Below, piece after piece: positions 13,014-23,701 of a DNA stretch of 64,000 bases (position 1 is the first letter of the stretch; every line of letters starts with the position of its first letter). Location of the stretch: positions 2,350 to 66,349 of the forward strand of contig JBKHYA010000002.1 in the NCBI GenBank assembly GCA_046565745.1, in the 5' to 3' direction. The position numbers were made by a program, and so were the translations under genes. Below the pieces are notes generated by a model. That model worked only from the letters and a program-made list of their open reading frames with translations, did no database searches and was not told the DNA's origin. Source of the DNA: Actinomycetes bacterium (GTDB taxonomy: Bacteria; Actinomycetota; Actinomycetes; Actinomycetales; Microbacteriaceae).

Positions 13014-14234
13014 GTGGTCGTCCCTGCGGACCCGACGGCCGAGACGGCCGTCGGCGCTGGCGCCGCAGCGGTCGCCAGAAATGGCGACCGCCCTCATGCG
13101 GGGCGCGCCCTCTCGCTGCCCGACTTCCCCTGGGACTCGCTCGCCCCGTTCGCGGCCCGCGCCCGGGCCCACGCCGACGGCATCGTCGACCTCTCGGTCG
13201 GCTCGCCCGTCGATGAGACGCCCGCGGTCGTGCGCGATGCGCTCGTGGCCGCGACCGACGCCCACGCCTACCCCCAGACGATGGGCACGCCCGCGCTGCG
13301 CGACGCGATCGTCCGCTGGTACGCCCGGCGCCGCGGCGTGACGCTCCCGGGCACGGATGCCGTGCTCCCGACGATCGGATCGAAGGAGCTCATCGCGCTC
13401 CTGCCGCTGCTCCTCGGCCTCGGCCGCGACGACGTCATCGTGCACCCCCGCACCGCCTACCCGACCTACGCGGTCGGCGCGGCGCTGCTCGGCGCGACGG
13501 CCGTCGCCGAGGACGACCCCGCGCGCTGGCCCGAGGGCGCTCGCCTCATCTGGATCAACTCGCCGGGCAACCCCGACGGCGCCGTCCTCGGCGTCGACGG
13601 GCTGCGCGCCGCGGTCGCCCGGGCCCGCGCGCTCGGCGCCGTGCTCGTGAACGACGAGTGCTACGCCGAGCTCGGCTGGGAGCCCGAGCGCTGGGCATCC
13701 GCCGGCTCGACGTCCGGCGAGCGCGTGCCGAGCATCCTCGACCCGCTCGTGACCGACGGCGATCACGCGGGGCTGCTGAGCGTCTACTCGCTCTCCAAGC
13801 AGTCGAACCTCGCCGGGTACCGCGCGGCGTTCCTCGCCGGCGACCCGGCGCTCGTGCGGCAGCTCCTCGAGGCGCGCAAGCACCTCGGGCTCATCCCGTC
13901 CGCGCCCGTCCAGGCGGCGATGATCGCCGCGCTCGACGACGACGCGCACGTCGCCGCCCAGCGCGAGATCTACCGTGCGCGACGGGATGCCCTGGCCGGC
14001 GCCCTGCGCGCGTCCGGCTTCCGGATCGACCGCTCCGAGGCCGGGCTCTACCTGTGGGCCACTCGAGACGAGCCGGCGCTCGACACCCTCGCCGCGCTCG
14101 CGGAGCTCGGGATCCTCGCCGCCCCCGGAACCTTCTACGAGGGGGAGGGGTCGCGGCACGTGCGGCTCGCGCTCACGGCGACCGATGAGCGGATCTCCCA
14201 GGCCGCCGCGCGACTGCGCGCATCGGCCTTGTGA
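13014..14234 (+). CDS. dapC: Succinyldiaminopimelate transaminase (start uncertain)
   Basis: LPDFPWD, DLSVGSPVD, GSKE, NSPGNP, DECY, SLSKQSNLAGYR PLP lysine; fdxA-dapC synteny. Confidence 0.9.
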   Translation: MVVPADPTAETAVGAGAAAVARNGDRPHAGRALSLPDFPWDSLAPFAARARAHADGIVDLSVGSPVDETPAVVRDALVAATDAHAYPQTMGTPALRDAIVRWYARRRGVTLPGTDAVLPTIGSKELIALLPLLLGLGRDDVIVHPRTAYPTYAVGAALLGATAVAEDDPARWPEGARLIWINSPGNPDGAVLGVDGLRAAVARARALGAVLVNDECYAELGWEPERWASAGSTSGERVPSILDPLVTDGDHAGLLSVYSLSKQSNLAGYRAAFLAGDPALVRQLLEARKHLGLIPSAPVQAAMIAALDDDAHVAAQREIYRARRDALAGALRASGFRIDRSEAGLYLWATRDEPALDTLAALAELGILAAPGTFYEGEGSRHVRLALTATDERISQAAARLRASAL

Positions 14235-14412
14235 CGGTCCACGGACATCCTTGGCGGTCGTCGACAACTCGGGGTCGGGCGTCTTGGTCGATGCGGTACT
14301 GGTCGCCGCGGTCGCCTAGGCTGTAGTCGGGTTCCTTCCGCGGACCGGCGCCACCCCGACGAACGCGGCTATCCCGCCACCACCCCCGACCCCACCGACG
14401 CGAGGAGGCGCT

Positions 14413-15696
<1,284 letters not shown>

Positions 15697-15909
15697 TCTG
15701 CCCTCGGCCGGCTCGATCGCGCCGGGCCCGCGCCCGGCGCCGCGCTGCCCGCCCGCACCCGGCGTGTCCGCGAGACCGACACTCCGAGCGTCGTAGCGGC
15801 GCGCCGAGGCCGGGAGGCGGCGATTCGCGCCAGTGCGTCGGTGCCGCGGACATCACGCTCTCCCGGGACTGCGGCGGCGAGTCGCCCCGCCGTGAGCGGC
15901 GCGGCCCGT

Positions 15910-16875
15910 CTACGCGTGCAGCGCCTCGTTGAGCACGACGCCGGCGCCCGTGCGGGGCAGCACCTCGACCGCTCCGGTGAGCGAGTTGCGCCGGAACAGC
16001 AGGCCGGCCACGCCCGAGAGCTGCGCCGCCTTCACGGTGCGCGGGCGGGCATCCTCGCCGAGCGAGCCGTCGAGCACGACGACCTTCGTGCCGGCGGTCA
16101 CGTAGAGCCCCGCCTCGACGACCGAGTCGTCGCCGATGGAGATGCCGATGCCGCTGTTGGCCCCGAGCAGCGCGCGCTCGCCGATCGACACGCGGTGCGT
16201 GCCGCCGCCCGAGAGGGTCCCCATGATCGAGGCTCCGCCCCCGATGTCGCTGCCGTCGCCCACGACGACGCCCTGGCTGATGCGGCCCTCGACCATCGAG
16301 GCGCCGAGGGTCCCGGCGTTGAAGTTGACGAAGCCCTCGTGCATGACCGTGGTGCCGGGCGAGAGGTAGGCGCCGAGGCGCACGCGCGAGGCGTCGGCGA
16401 TGCGCACGCGCGGCGGCGTCACGTAGTCGAGCAGGCGCGGGAACTTGTCGATGCCGAGCGGCGAGACGCCCGAGCGCTGCAGCGCGGAGCGGTTCGCATC
16501 GAAGTCGTCGGGGTGCACGGGCCCCGCGGTCGTCCACATGACGATCGGCAGGTGCGCGAAGACGCCGTCGAGGTTGATCGTGTTCGGCTTCACGAGGCGG
16601 TGCGACAGCAGATGCAGGCGCAGGTACGCATCGGGCGTGGATGCCGGGGCCGCCGCGAGCTCGATCTCGACCGTGCGGGCCTCGACCCTCACTCCTCGGC
16701 GCGCATCCTCCGCCTCCAGGTGCTCGATGTCGGCCGGCACGATGTACCGGTCGCGGCCCTCGGGCAGCGCGCCGAGCGCGGGGGAGGGGAACCACGTGTC
16801 GAGCACCTCGCCGTCGGCGAGGCGGACGGTGGCGAGGCCGTAGCCCCAGGCGTGCGTGAGCGGGCTGTCGGGCAT
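15910..16875 (-). CDS. dapD: Tetrahydrodipicolinate N-succinyltransferase
   Basis: YLRLHLLSHR, DKFPR, MHEGFVNFNAGT, VEGRISQG, GTLSGGG. Confidence 0.96.
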   Translation of the reverse strand: MPDSPLTHAWGYGLATVRLADGEVLDTWFPSPALGALPEGRDRYIVPADIEHLEAEDARRGVRVEARTVEIELAAAPASTPDAYLRLHLLSHRLVKPNTINLDGVFAHLPIVMWTTAGPVHPDDFDANRSALQRSGVSPLGIDKFPRLLDYVTPPRVRIADASRVRLGAYLSPGTTVMHEGFVNFNAGTLGASMVEGRISQGVVVGDGSDIGGGASIMGTLSGGGTHRVSIGERALLGANSGIGISIGDDSVVEAGLYVTAGTKVVVLDGSLGEDARPRTVKAAQLSGVAGLLFRRNSLTGAVEVLPRTGAGVVLNEALHA

Positions 16876-16914
16876 GGATCCAGGCTACCCGCGCCGCGAA
16901 CTAGGCTCGTGCCG

Positions 16915-18048
16915 ATGAACGCGCAGCCGATCGACGCCCAGCCGCTGAACGTCCAGCCCCTGGCCCCGGACCTCCTCGGCGACGTCGTCGCGCTCACCGC
17001 GGCGCTGTGCGACATCCCGAGCGTCTCGGCCGACGAGCGCGCGCTCGCCGACACGATCGAGGCGACGCTGCGCGCGCACGCCCCGCATCTCGACCTCGTC
17101 CGCGACGGCGACGCGATCGTCGCCCGCACGAGCCTCGGCCGCGCCGAGCGCGTCGTCATCGCCGGCCACATCGACACCGTGCCGATCAACGACAACCTGC
17201 CGACCCGCCGCAGCGTCGACGACGGCGTCGACACCCTGTGGGGGCGCGGCACCGTCGACATGAAGGGCGGCTGCGCGGTGCTCCTGGCGCTCGCGGTGCA
17301 GCTGACCGACCCCGCCTACGACATCACGTGGGTCTGGTACGACCACGAGGAGGTCGCGAGCGAGCTCAACGGCCTCGGTCGCCTCGCCCGCACGCGCCCC
17401 GAGCTGCTCGAGGGCGACTTCGCGATCCTCGGCGAGCCGAGCAACGCGGGCATCGAGGGCGGTTGCAACGGCACCCTGCGCCTCGAGCTCAGCACGACCG
17501 GGCGCCGCGCGCACTCCGCCCGCTCGTGGATGGGCGTCAACGCCGTCCACGCCCTCGCCCCCATCCTCGAGCGCCTCGCCGCCTACGAGCCCGCGACCGT
17601 GACGGTCGACGGCCTCGACTACCGCGAGGGGCTCAACGCGGTCGGCGTGAGCGGCGGCGTCGCCGGCAACGTCATCCCCGACGCGGCGACCGTGACCGTC
17701 AACTACCGCTTCGCCCCCTCCACGTCGCTCGCCGAGGCCGAGCAGCACGTGCGCGACCTCGTCGCCGATCTCGACCCGGCCGTCGCGGTCGTCGTCACCG
17801 ACGCGGCGGCGGGCGCCCGCCCCGGTCTGGATGCCCCGCTCGCGCAGCGCTTCGTCCAGGCCGTCGGCGCCGAGCCCGCCCCCAAGTACGGCTGGACGGA
17901 CGTCGCGCGCTTCAGCGAGCTCGGCATCCCGGCCGTCAACTACGGTCCCGGCGACCCGTCGCTCGCCCACACCGACGACGAGCGCGTCCCGGTCGAGCAG
18001 ATCGTCGCGTGCGAGCGCGGCCTGCGGGCGTGGCTGACCTCGGCCTGA
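16915..18048 (+). CDS. dapE: Succinyl-diaminopimelate desuccinylase
   Basis: GHIDTVP, GRGTVDMKGG, EE, HSARSW, KYGWTDVARF, AHTDDE; TAGGCT 7 nt before ATG. Confidence 0.95.
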   Translation: MNAQPIDAQPLNVQPLAPDLLGDVVALTAALCDIPSVSADERALADTIEATLRAHAPHLDLVRDGDAIVARTSLGRAERVVIAGHIDTVPINDNLPTRRSVDDGVDTLWGRGTVDMKGGCAVLLALAVQLTDPAYDITWVWYDHEEVASELNGLGRLARTRPELLEGDFAILGEPSNAGIEGGCNGTLRLELSTTGRRAHSARSWMGVNAVHALAPILERLAAYEPATVTVDGLDYREGLNAVGVSGGVAGNVIPDAATVTVNYRFAPSTSLAEAEQHVRDLVADLDPAVAVVVTDAAAGARPGLDAPLAQRFVQAVGAEPAPKYGWTDVARFSELGIPAVNYGPGDPSLAHTDDERVPVEQIVACERGLRAWLTSA

Positions 18049-19277
18049 GCCCCCGCCCGGCGGGGGAGCGACTGCTCGCCCTCGCTCGACGCGCGCCCTG
18101 GTGGCTGAGGGTCCTCGCGCTGTACGCGGCGTCGCGCGTCGTCTCCACGGGCATCCTGCTGCACTTCGCCTCGCGCCAGCGGGCGAACGCGTGGACGACC
18201 GCGCAGCCCGACTACCTCGACTTCGCCCGCCTGTGGGACGGCAACTGGTACTGGATCATCGCCGCGGGCGGCTACCCCGACGCGATCCCGCGCGACGGGG
18301 CGGGTTTCGCGACCGAGAACGCGTTCGCCTTCATGCCCGTCTACCCCCTCGTCGTGCGCGGCGTCATGGTGCTCACGGGGCTCGAGTTCGCGGCGGCCGC
18401 GGTCGCGGTCTCGGTCGTCGCCGGGGCGGTCGCGGCGCTCCTCTTCCACCGGCTCATGCGCACGTGGCTCGACGAGCAGGCGGCGCTGCTCGCGACGGCG
18501 TTGCTGTGCCTCGCGCCGATCTCGCCGATCCTGCAGGTCGCGTACGCCGAGTCGCTGCACCTCGCGATGTTCCTCGGAGCCCTGCTGCTGCTCGTCGAGC
18601 GCCGGTACGCGCCGCTCGCCGTCCTCGTGACGCTCATGGCGCTCACCCGGCCGAGCGGGCTGGCCTTCGCGTTCGGGCTCGCGCTGCTCTTCCTGTGCCG
18701 CTGGCGTCGCGATCGTCGGGCGATCGAGCCGTTCCCGGTGCGCGAGCGCGTCGACCTCGCCGTCGTCACCGTCATCGCGGGCCTCGCGGGCCTCGCCTGG
18801 CCGGGCATCGTCGCACTCGCGACGGGCGACCTCGCGGGATACACCGACACCGAGCTCGCCTGGCGCCGCCCGTACATCGGGCCCGTCGAGCTCGTGCCGT
18901 TCACGGCCTGGTGGCAGGGAGCCCAGTGGTGGCTCGGAGGCGTCGTGGGCCCCCTCGCTCTCGCCCTCGTCCTCCTCGCGGCGGCGGCGTCGTTCGCCCT
19001 CCCGCAGATGCGCCGGATGCCCGTGGCGCTCCGCTGCTGGATCATCGCCTACGCCGTCTACCTCCTCGCGGTCTTCTTCCCGCAGTCGAGCACGTTCCGA
19101 CTCCTGCTGCCGCTCGCTCCCGTGCTCGGCGCGGTCGCGGCGGGCGCGCTCGGCGTGCGGCCGCGCTGGCTGCGCACGGCGCTCGTCGTCCTCCTGCTCG
19201 CCGCCTCGGTCGCGGGGCAGTACGGCTGGGTGCACATCGCGTGGTGGATCGACGGCATCGACTGGACCCCTCCGTGA
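18030..19277 (+). CDS. Polytopic GT-C-type (mannosyltransferase-like) membrane protein
   Basis: WDGNWY..GGYP, AFMPVYP, YAESL, TRPSG motifs typical of PIG-V-like proteins. Confidence 0.75.
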   Translation: MADLGLSPRPAGERLLALARRAPWWLRVLALYAASRVVSTGILLHFASRQRANAWTTAQPDYLDFARLWDGNWYWIIAAGGYPDAIPRDGAGFATENAFAFMPVYPLVVRGVMVLTGLEFAAAAVAVSVVAGAVAALLFHRLMRTWLDEQAALLATALLCLAPISPILQVAYAESLHLAMFLGALLLLVERRYAPLAVLVTLMALTRPSGLAFAFGLALLFLCRWRRDRRAIEPFPVRERVDLAVVTVIAGLAGLAWPGIVALATGDLAGYTDTELAWRRPYIGPVELVPFTAWWQGAQWWLGGVVGPLALALVLLAAAASFALPQMRRMPVALRCWIIAYAVYLLAVFFPQSSTFRLLLPLAPVLGAVAAGALGVRPRWLRTALVVLLLAASVAGQYGWVHIAWWIDGIDWTPP

Positions 19278-19395
19278 TCCGGATGCCCGGCGCCGGCCGC
19301 CCGGATATCCACGGCCCGGGCATCCGTCGATTTAGCCGAACGCGCCGCGTACTAGATAATGAAGTCAGAGCTTTCATCGAAAGGGGAGACCGAAT

Positions 19396-19563
19396 ATGGC
19401 CGCCATGAAGCCGAGAACCGGCGACGGACCGATGGAGGCTGTCAAGGAGGGACGACTCATCATCGTGCGCGTACCGCTCGAGGGCGGTGGCCGCCTGGTC
19501 GTCTCCGTCAATGATGACGAGGCGAAGGAACTGCACGACGCGCTCGCCGCGGCGATCTCCTGA
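19396..19563 (+). CDS. DUF3117 family small protein (55 aa; absent from ORF track)
   Basis: MAAMKPRTGDGPMEAVKEGRLIIVRVPLEGGGRLVV..., conserved actinobacterial peptide; AAGGGGAG RBS. Confidence 0.93.
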   Translation: MAAMKPRTGDGPMEAVKEGRLIIVRVPLEGGGRLVVSVNDDEAKELHDALAAAIS

Positions 19564-19583
19564 CGACAGCACCCGATGCGTGA

Positions 19584-19613
19584 ACGGGGTCGAGCCTTCG
19601 GGCTCGGCCCCGT
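19584..19613. terminator. Probable bidirectional terminator
   Basis: ACGGGGTCGAGCC-TTCG-GGCTCGGCCCCGT between convergent genes. Confidence 0.7.
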
Positions 19614-19645
19614 CTCGTGTTTCCGGGGCTGACGCGGGCGACGAG

Positions 19646-20278
19646 CTACGCGCCGCGCTTGATGATCTGCAGCAGGCCGTCGCCGACGGGCGACAGCGCG
19701 ACGTGGACGGCGCTCGAGCTCGCGAGCTCGCCGATGACCGACCGGAAGTCGCGCGTCGTCGCCTCGCGCTTCGCGGGGTCGGCGACCGTGTCGCGCCACA
19801 GCGCGTGCGGGATGAGCACGATGCCGCCGACGCGGACGAGTCGCAGGGCGTGCTCGAGGTAGTCGAGCAGGCTCTTCGCGTCGGCGTCGACGAGCACGAC
19901 GTCGTAGCTCGACTCGTTCATGCGCGGGAGGACCTCGATCGCGCGACCGGTGATCATCCGCACGCGCGCGGTCGCGTGACCGGCGTCGGTGAAGAACTTG
20001 CGGGCGTGCTGCTGGTGCTCGGCCTCGAGGTCGATCGTGGTGAGCTGGGCGCCGGGGGCCCCGCGGAGCATCCAGAGCCCGCTGACGCCGAGGCCGGTGC
20101 CGATCTCGATGATCGACTGCGCGTCGACGGCGGCGGTCGCGAGCGCGAGGTGCGCTCCGGTGGCGGCCGTCACGGGCTCGACGCCCTGCTCGACGGAGTG
20201 GGCGCGGGCGGCGGCGATCTCGTCGGGCTCCACCGTCGACTCCTCGACGTACTTCCACGACAGTTCCTTGCTGGCCAC
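19646..20278 (-). CDS. O-methyltransferase
   Basis: IEIGTGLGVSG SAM motif, YDVVLVDAD, SPVGDGLL; AGGAGG RBS before GTG 20278. Confidence 0.9.
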   Translation of the reverse strand: MASKELSWKYVEESTVEPDEIAAARAHSVEQGVEPVTAATGAHLALATAAVDAQSIIEIGTGLGVSGLWMLRGAPGAQLTTIDLEAEHQQHARKFFTDAGHATARVRMITGRAIEVLPRMNESSYDVVLVDADAKSLLDYLEHALRLVRVGGIVLIPHALWRDTVADPAKREATTRDFRSVIGELASSSAVHVALSPVGDGLLQIIKRGA

Positions 20279-20341
20279 AGGCCCTCCTTCTCGCAGACAG
20301 CCTAGGGGTGGGCCCGCGGTTCGCCCGGCTATTCTGAGCGG

Positions 20342-20737
20342 GTGTCCTTCGGTCTGACGTTCGAGAAGCTCCTGCTCATCGGGCTCATCGCCGTGCTCCT
20401 CATCGGCCCCGATCGGCTTCCCGGCTACGCGGCGCAGTTCGGGCGATTCGTCCGCACGCTGCGCGACATGGCCAACGGCGCGAAGGACCGCATGCGGGAG
20501 GAGATGGGCCCCGACTACGACGACGTCGACTGGAAGAAGCTCGACCCGCGCCAGTACGACCCGCGCCGGATCATCCGTGAGGCGCTCCTGGAGGACGAGG
20601 CCCCGCCCGTCCGGCCGGGGGCGGGAGGGGCGGCCGCCGCGACCGTGACGGCGCCGGTGCGCGAGTCGGCGTACGCGCAGCGCCAGCGACTGCTGCGCGA
20701 GGGGCGCCCCGCCCCGTTCGACGCCGAGGCGACCTAG
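20342..20737 (+). CDS. tatB: Tat translocase subunit TatB
   Basis: N-terminal TM, GPDRLP, LDPRQYDPRRII, FDAEAT end. Confidence 0.88.
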   Translation: MSFGLTFEKLLLIGLIAVLLIGPDRLPGYAAQFGRFVRTLRDMANGAKDRMREEMGPDYDDVDWKKLDPRQYDPRRIIREALLEDEAPPVRPGAGGAAAATVTAPVRESAYAQRQRLLREGRPAPFDAEAT

Positions 20738-20767
20738 CACTCGGAGCCCGCACCGAGCGCACCGGTC

Positions 20768-21694
20768 TCAGCGCTCGCCGACCGTGCGGTACCCCGCGAC
20801 GACGCGCTCGGCCTCCGCCTTCAGGAGCTCGATCACGCGGCGCACGCTCGGCCGCTCGGCGCGGTCGGCGCGCATCAGGGCCGAGATCTGACGCTCGGCG
20901 GGAAGGCCCGTGATGGGGCGCGTCACGATGCCGTTCCCGTGGCTGCGGGTCGTGAATCGGGGCAGGATCGCGATGCCGATGCCCGCGGCGACGAGGCGCT
21001 CGACGATGAGGTTGTCCATGGTGCGCTGCACGATGCGCGGCTCGCGGCCGACGGCGGCGCCCAGTCGCTCGAGCACGCGGTCGTAGGGGTAGCCCATGGG
21101 GGCGCCGATCCAGTTCTCGTCGACGAGGTCGATGCCGCGAACGACGGCCTTCTCGACCAGCCGATGCCCGGCCGGCAGCGCGACGTCGAACGGCTCGGTC
21201 ATGAGCGGCACGCAGGTGAGACCGTTCTCGTTCCAGTGGGTCGGGATCCCCTGCGAGTCGGCGATCACGATGTCGTAGTCGGCCGTGAGCTGCGCGAAGT
21301 CGGGGAGGGGCAGGTCGTGGTCGGTGAGCACGATCTCGAGTCCCGGCTCGTCGCGGAGGGCGCGCAGTGCGCCCGGGATGAGCATCTGCCCCGCGGTGGG
21401 GAACGCGCTCACCGACACGGAGCCCTGCGGGCTCTGCTTGAACTCGAGCCACAGCGCCTCGGCCGACTCGATCGCGACGGCGATGCGGCGGGCGGTCTCG
21501 GCGAGCGCGAGCCCGGCACCGGTGAGCTCGATGCCCCGGCCGCGGCGCTCGGTGAGGGCGACGCCGGCCTCCCGCTCGAGCAGCTTGAGCTGCTGCGAGA
21601 CGGCGCTCGCGGTGCGGTGGGTCGCGGCCGCGACGGCCGTGATGGAGCCGCGATCGGCGAGCTCGCGGAGCAGTTCGAGGCGGCGAACGTCCAT
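20768..21694 (-). CDS. LysR-family transcriptional regulator
   Basis: GSITAVA..TASAVSQQLKLLERE HTH, LTGAG, substrate-binding domain. Confidence 0.94.
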   Translation of the reverse strand: MDVRRLELLRELADRGSITAVAAATHRTASAVSQQLKLLEREAGVALTERRGRGIELTGAGLALAETARRIAVAIESAEALWLEFKQSPQGSVSVSAFPTAGQMLIPGALRALRDEPGLEIVLTDHDLPLPDFAQLTADYDIVIADSQGIPTHWNENGLTCVPLMTEPFDVALPAGHRLVEKAVVRGIDLVDENWIGAPMGYPYDRVLERLGAAVGREPRIVQRTMDNLIVERLVAAGIGIAILPRFTTRSHGNGIVTRPITGLPAERQISALMRADRAERPSVRRVIELLKAEAERVVAGYRTVGER

Positions 21695-21713
21695 GAAGCG
21701 ATGCTACATGGAC
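21689..21713. promoter_or_regulatory. Putative LysR operator
   Basis: GTCCATGAAGC-GAT-GCTACATGGAC inverted repeat (10/11) with T-N11-A core (21694/21706), covering the lysR start codon and its TAGCAT -10. Confidence 0.7.
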
Positions 21714-21795
21714 AGGTAAGAAAGATGAGATTGTGCTGAAACGTCGGATGGGATGCAATAGGAGCGTTCAGGAAACGACAAAGGAGAACGCGGAC

Positions 21796-21909
21796 ATGCT
21801 CGCCGGATTGCTCATCATCGCTCTGCTCGGTATCGCCGGAGCGGTCTCGACCGCCGTGGTGACGGCAAAGGACGGCTACCGTCGCGTGCCGTCGCTTCCG
21901 CGCACATAG
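21796..21909 (+). CDS. Small single-TM protein, 37 aa (absent from ORF track)
   Basis: AAAAGGAGA RBS; MLAGLLIIALLGIAGAVSTAVVTAKDGYRRVPSLPRT; divergent from lysR. Confidence 0.72.
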   Translation: MLAGLLIIALLGIAGAVSTAVVTAKDGYRRVPSLPRT

Positions 21910-22029
21910 CCGCCGACTCCGTCGACCGCCGTCGGATCCCGCGCTCACCATTCCAGGGGTGGGAGCGGGTTCCGGCGGCAGTCGTCGTTAACGCGCGGAT
22001 GCTCCGCGCAGGTTGCCCGTCCGCTCGGG

Positions 22030-23142
22030 TCAGCGCGGCGTGACGCTGAGCGGCCGTCCCGCGAGACCGCGCCCGCGCGCCGCCACGACCCGGGCGAGCT
22101 CGCGGATCGCCTCCGCCGCCGGGTCGCCCTCGACGAGCACGATCGGCTCGCCCGCGTCGCCGCCCTCGCGCAGCGCGACCGACAGCGGCACGCGCGCGAG
22201 CAGCGGCACGTCGAGCCGCGCGGCCGTCTCGGCCCCGCCGCCCGAGCCGAAGAGCTCGAGCACGCTCCCGTCGGGCTGCACGAGCCCGGCCATGTTCTCC
22301 ACGACGCCGATGACGGTCTGACCGGTCTGCCGGGCGACGAGCGCCGAGCGCTCGGCGACGTCGGCCGCGGCCCTCTGCGGCGTCGTGACGACGAGCACCT
22401 CGGCGTGCGGCAGCAGCTGCCCGACCGAGATCGCCACATCCCCCGTGCCGGGCGGCATGTCGAGCACGAGCACATCGAGGTCGCCGAAGTACACGTCGGT
22501 GAGGAACTGCTGCACCGTCCGGTGCAGCATCGGCCCGCGCCACGAGACGGCGGTGCGCTCGTCGACGAACATGCCGATCGAGATCACGGCGACGTCGTGC
22601 GCGCGCGGCGGCATGATCGCCTCGCCGACGCGGGTCGGCTTCTCGCCCGCGATGCCGAGCAGGCCCGGGATCGAGAAGCCGAACACATCGGCGTCGACGA
22701 GCCCGACCCGCAGCCCCTGCTGGGCGAGGGCGACGGCCAGGTTGGCGGTGATGGTCGACTTGCCGACGCCGCCCTTCCCGCTCGTCACGGCGATGACCCT
22801 CGTGAGCGAGTCGGGGGTGAACGGCATGGCAGGCCGGTCGCCGCGCAGGCGGGCGATGAGGGCATCCCGCACCGCCGGGGCCATCACTCCGACCGCGACG
22901 TCGACCGACGCGACGCCCGATACCGAGGATGCCGCGGCGCGGACATCGCGCTCGATCCGGTCGGCCGCGGGGCAGCCCACGATCGTGAGCTCGAGATCGA
23001 TCGCGACGCGGTCGCCCTGCACGCTCACGCGCGGCACCATGTCGAGCTCGGTGACGGGTCGCCGCAGCTCCGGGTCCATGACGCGATCGAGCGCCCGGCG
23101 CACGTCCTGCTCGGTGGGCGCCGGGGGAGCGGCGTCAGCCAC
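22030..23142 (-). CDS. mrp: Mrp/NBP35 (ApbC) Fe-S carrier ATPase
   Basis: DPEL, GCP, SGKGGVGKS, WRGPM, DMPPGTGD, VENM. Confidence 0.94.
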   Translation of the reverse strand: MADAAPPAPTEQDVRRALDRVMDPELRRPVTELDMVPRVSVQGDRVAIDLELTIVGCPAADRIERDVRAAASSVSGVASVDVAVGVMAPAVRDALIARLRGDRPAMPFTPDSLTRVIAVTSGKGGVGKSTITANLAVALAQQGLRVGLVDADVFGFSIPGLLGIAGEKPTRVGEAIMPPRAHDVAVISIGMFVDERTAVSWRGPMLHRTVQQFLTDVYFGDLDVLVLDMPPGTGDVAISVGQLLPHAEVLVVTTPQRAAADVAERSALVARQTGQTVIGVVENMAGLVQPDGSVLELFGSGGGAETAARLDVPLLARVPLSVALREGGDAGEPIVLVEGDPAAEAIRELARVVAARGRGLAGRPLSVTPR

Positions 23143-23701
23143 GGCGGTCGCGGTCGAGGTCGTCGGCGGCCACGGCGGCCTCCTCGACCTCCGAGCGGTC
23201 GAGCTCCTCGAGCAGGCTGCGCAGCTCGGCGCGGATGAACTCCTTCGTCGCGACGTCCTTCATCGCGAGCCGCAGCGCGACGACCTCGCGGGCGAGGTAC
23301 TCGGTGTCGGCGAGGTTGCGCTCGGCGCGCTGACGATCCTGCTCGATCTGCACGCGGTCGCGGTCGTCTTGCCGGTTCTGCGCGAGCAGGATCAGCGGGG
23401 CGGCGTACGAGGCCTGCAGCGACAGGATGAGCGTCAGGAGCGTGAAGTTGAGGGCGCGCGGGTCGAACTGCGCGCTCGCGGGCGCCGAGCTGTTGAAGGT
23501 GATCCACACCGCGACGAACACCGTCATGCCGATGAGGAACCACGGGGTGCCCATCGCGCGCGCGAAGCCCTCGGAGAATCGGCCGATGCGATCGCGGCTC
23601 GTGAACTGGGGCCGGAAGAGCGGGCGACGCTGCGTCTTGGGCGCGTCGAGGCCGTCGCGTCGCGGGCCCGGGATGGGGCGGCGGCGGCGATCAGCGGCCA
23701 T
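23135..23701 (-). CDS. DUF1003 membrane protein
   Basis: LILSLQASYAAPLILLAQNRQDDRDR signature. Confidence 0.92.
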   Translation of the reverse strand: MAADRRRRPIPGPRRDGLDAPKTQRRPLFRPQFTSRDRIGRFSEGFARAMGTPWFLIGMTVFVAVWITFNSSAPASAQFDPRALNFTLLTLILSLQASYAAPLILLAQNRQDDRDRVQIEQDRQRAERNLADTEYLAREVVALRLAMKDVATKEFIRAELRSLLEELDRSEVEEAAVAADDLDRDRRG

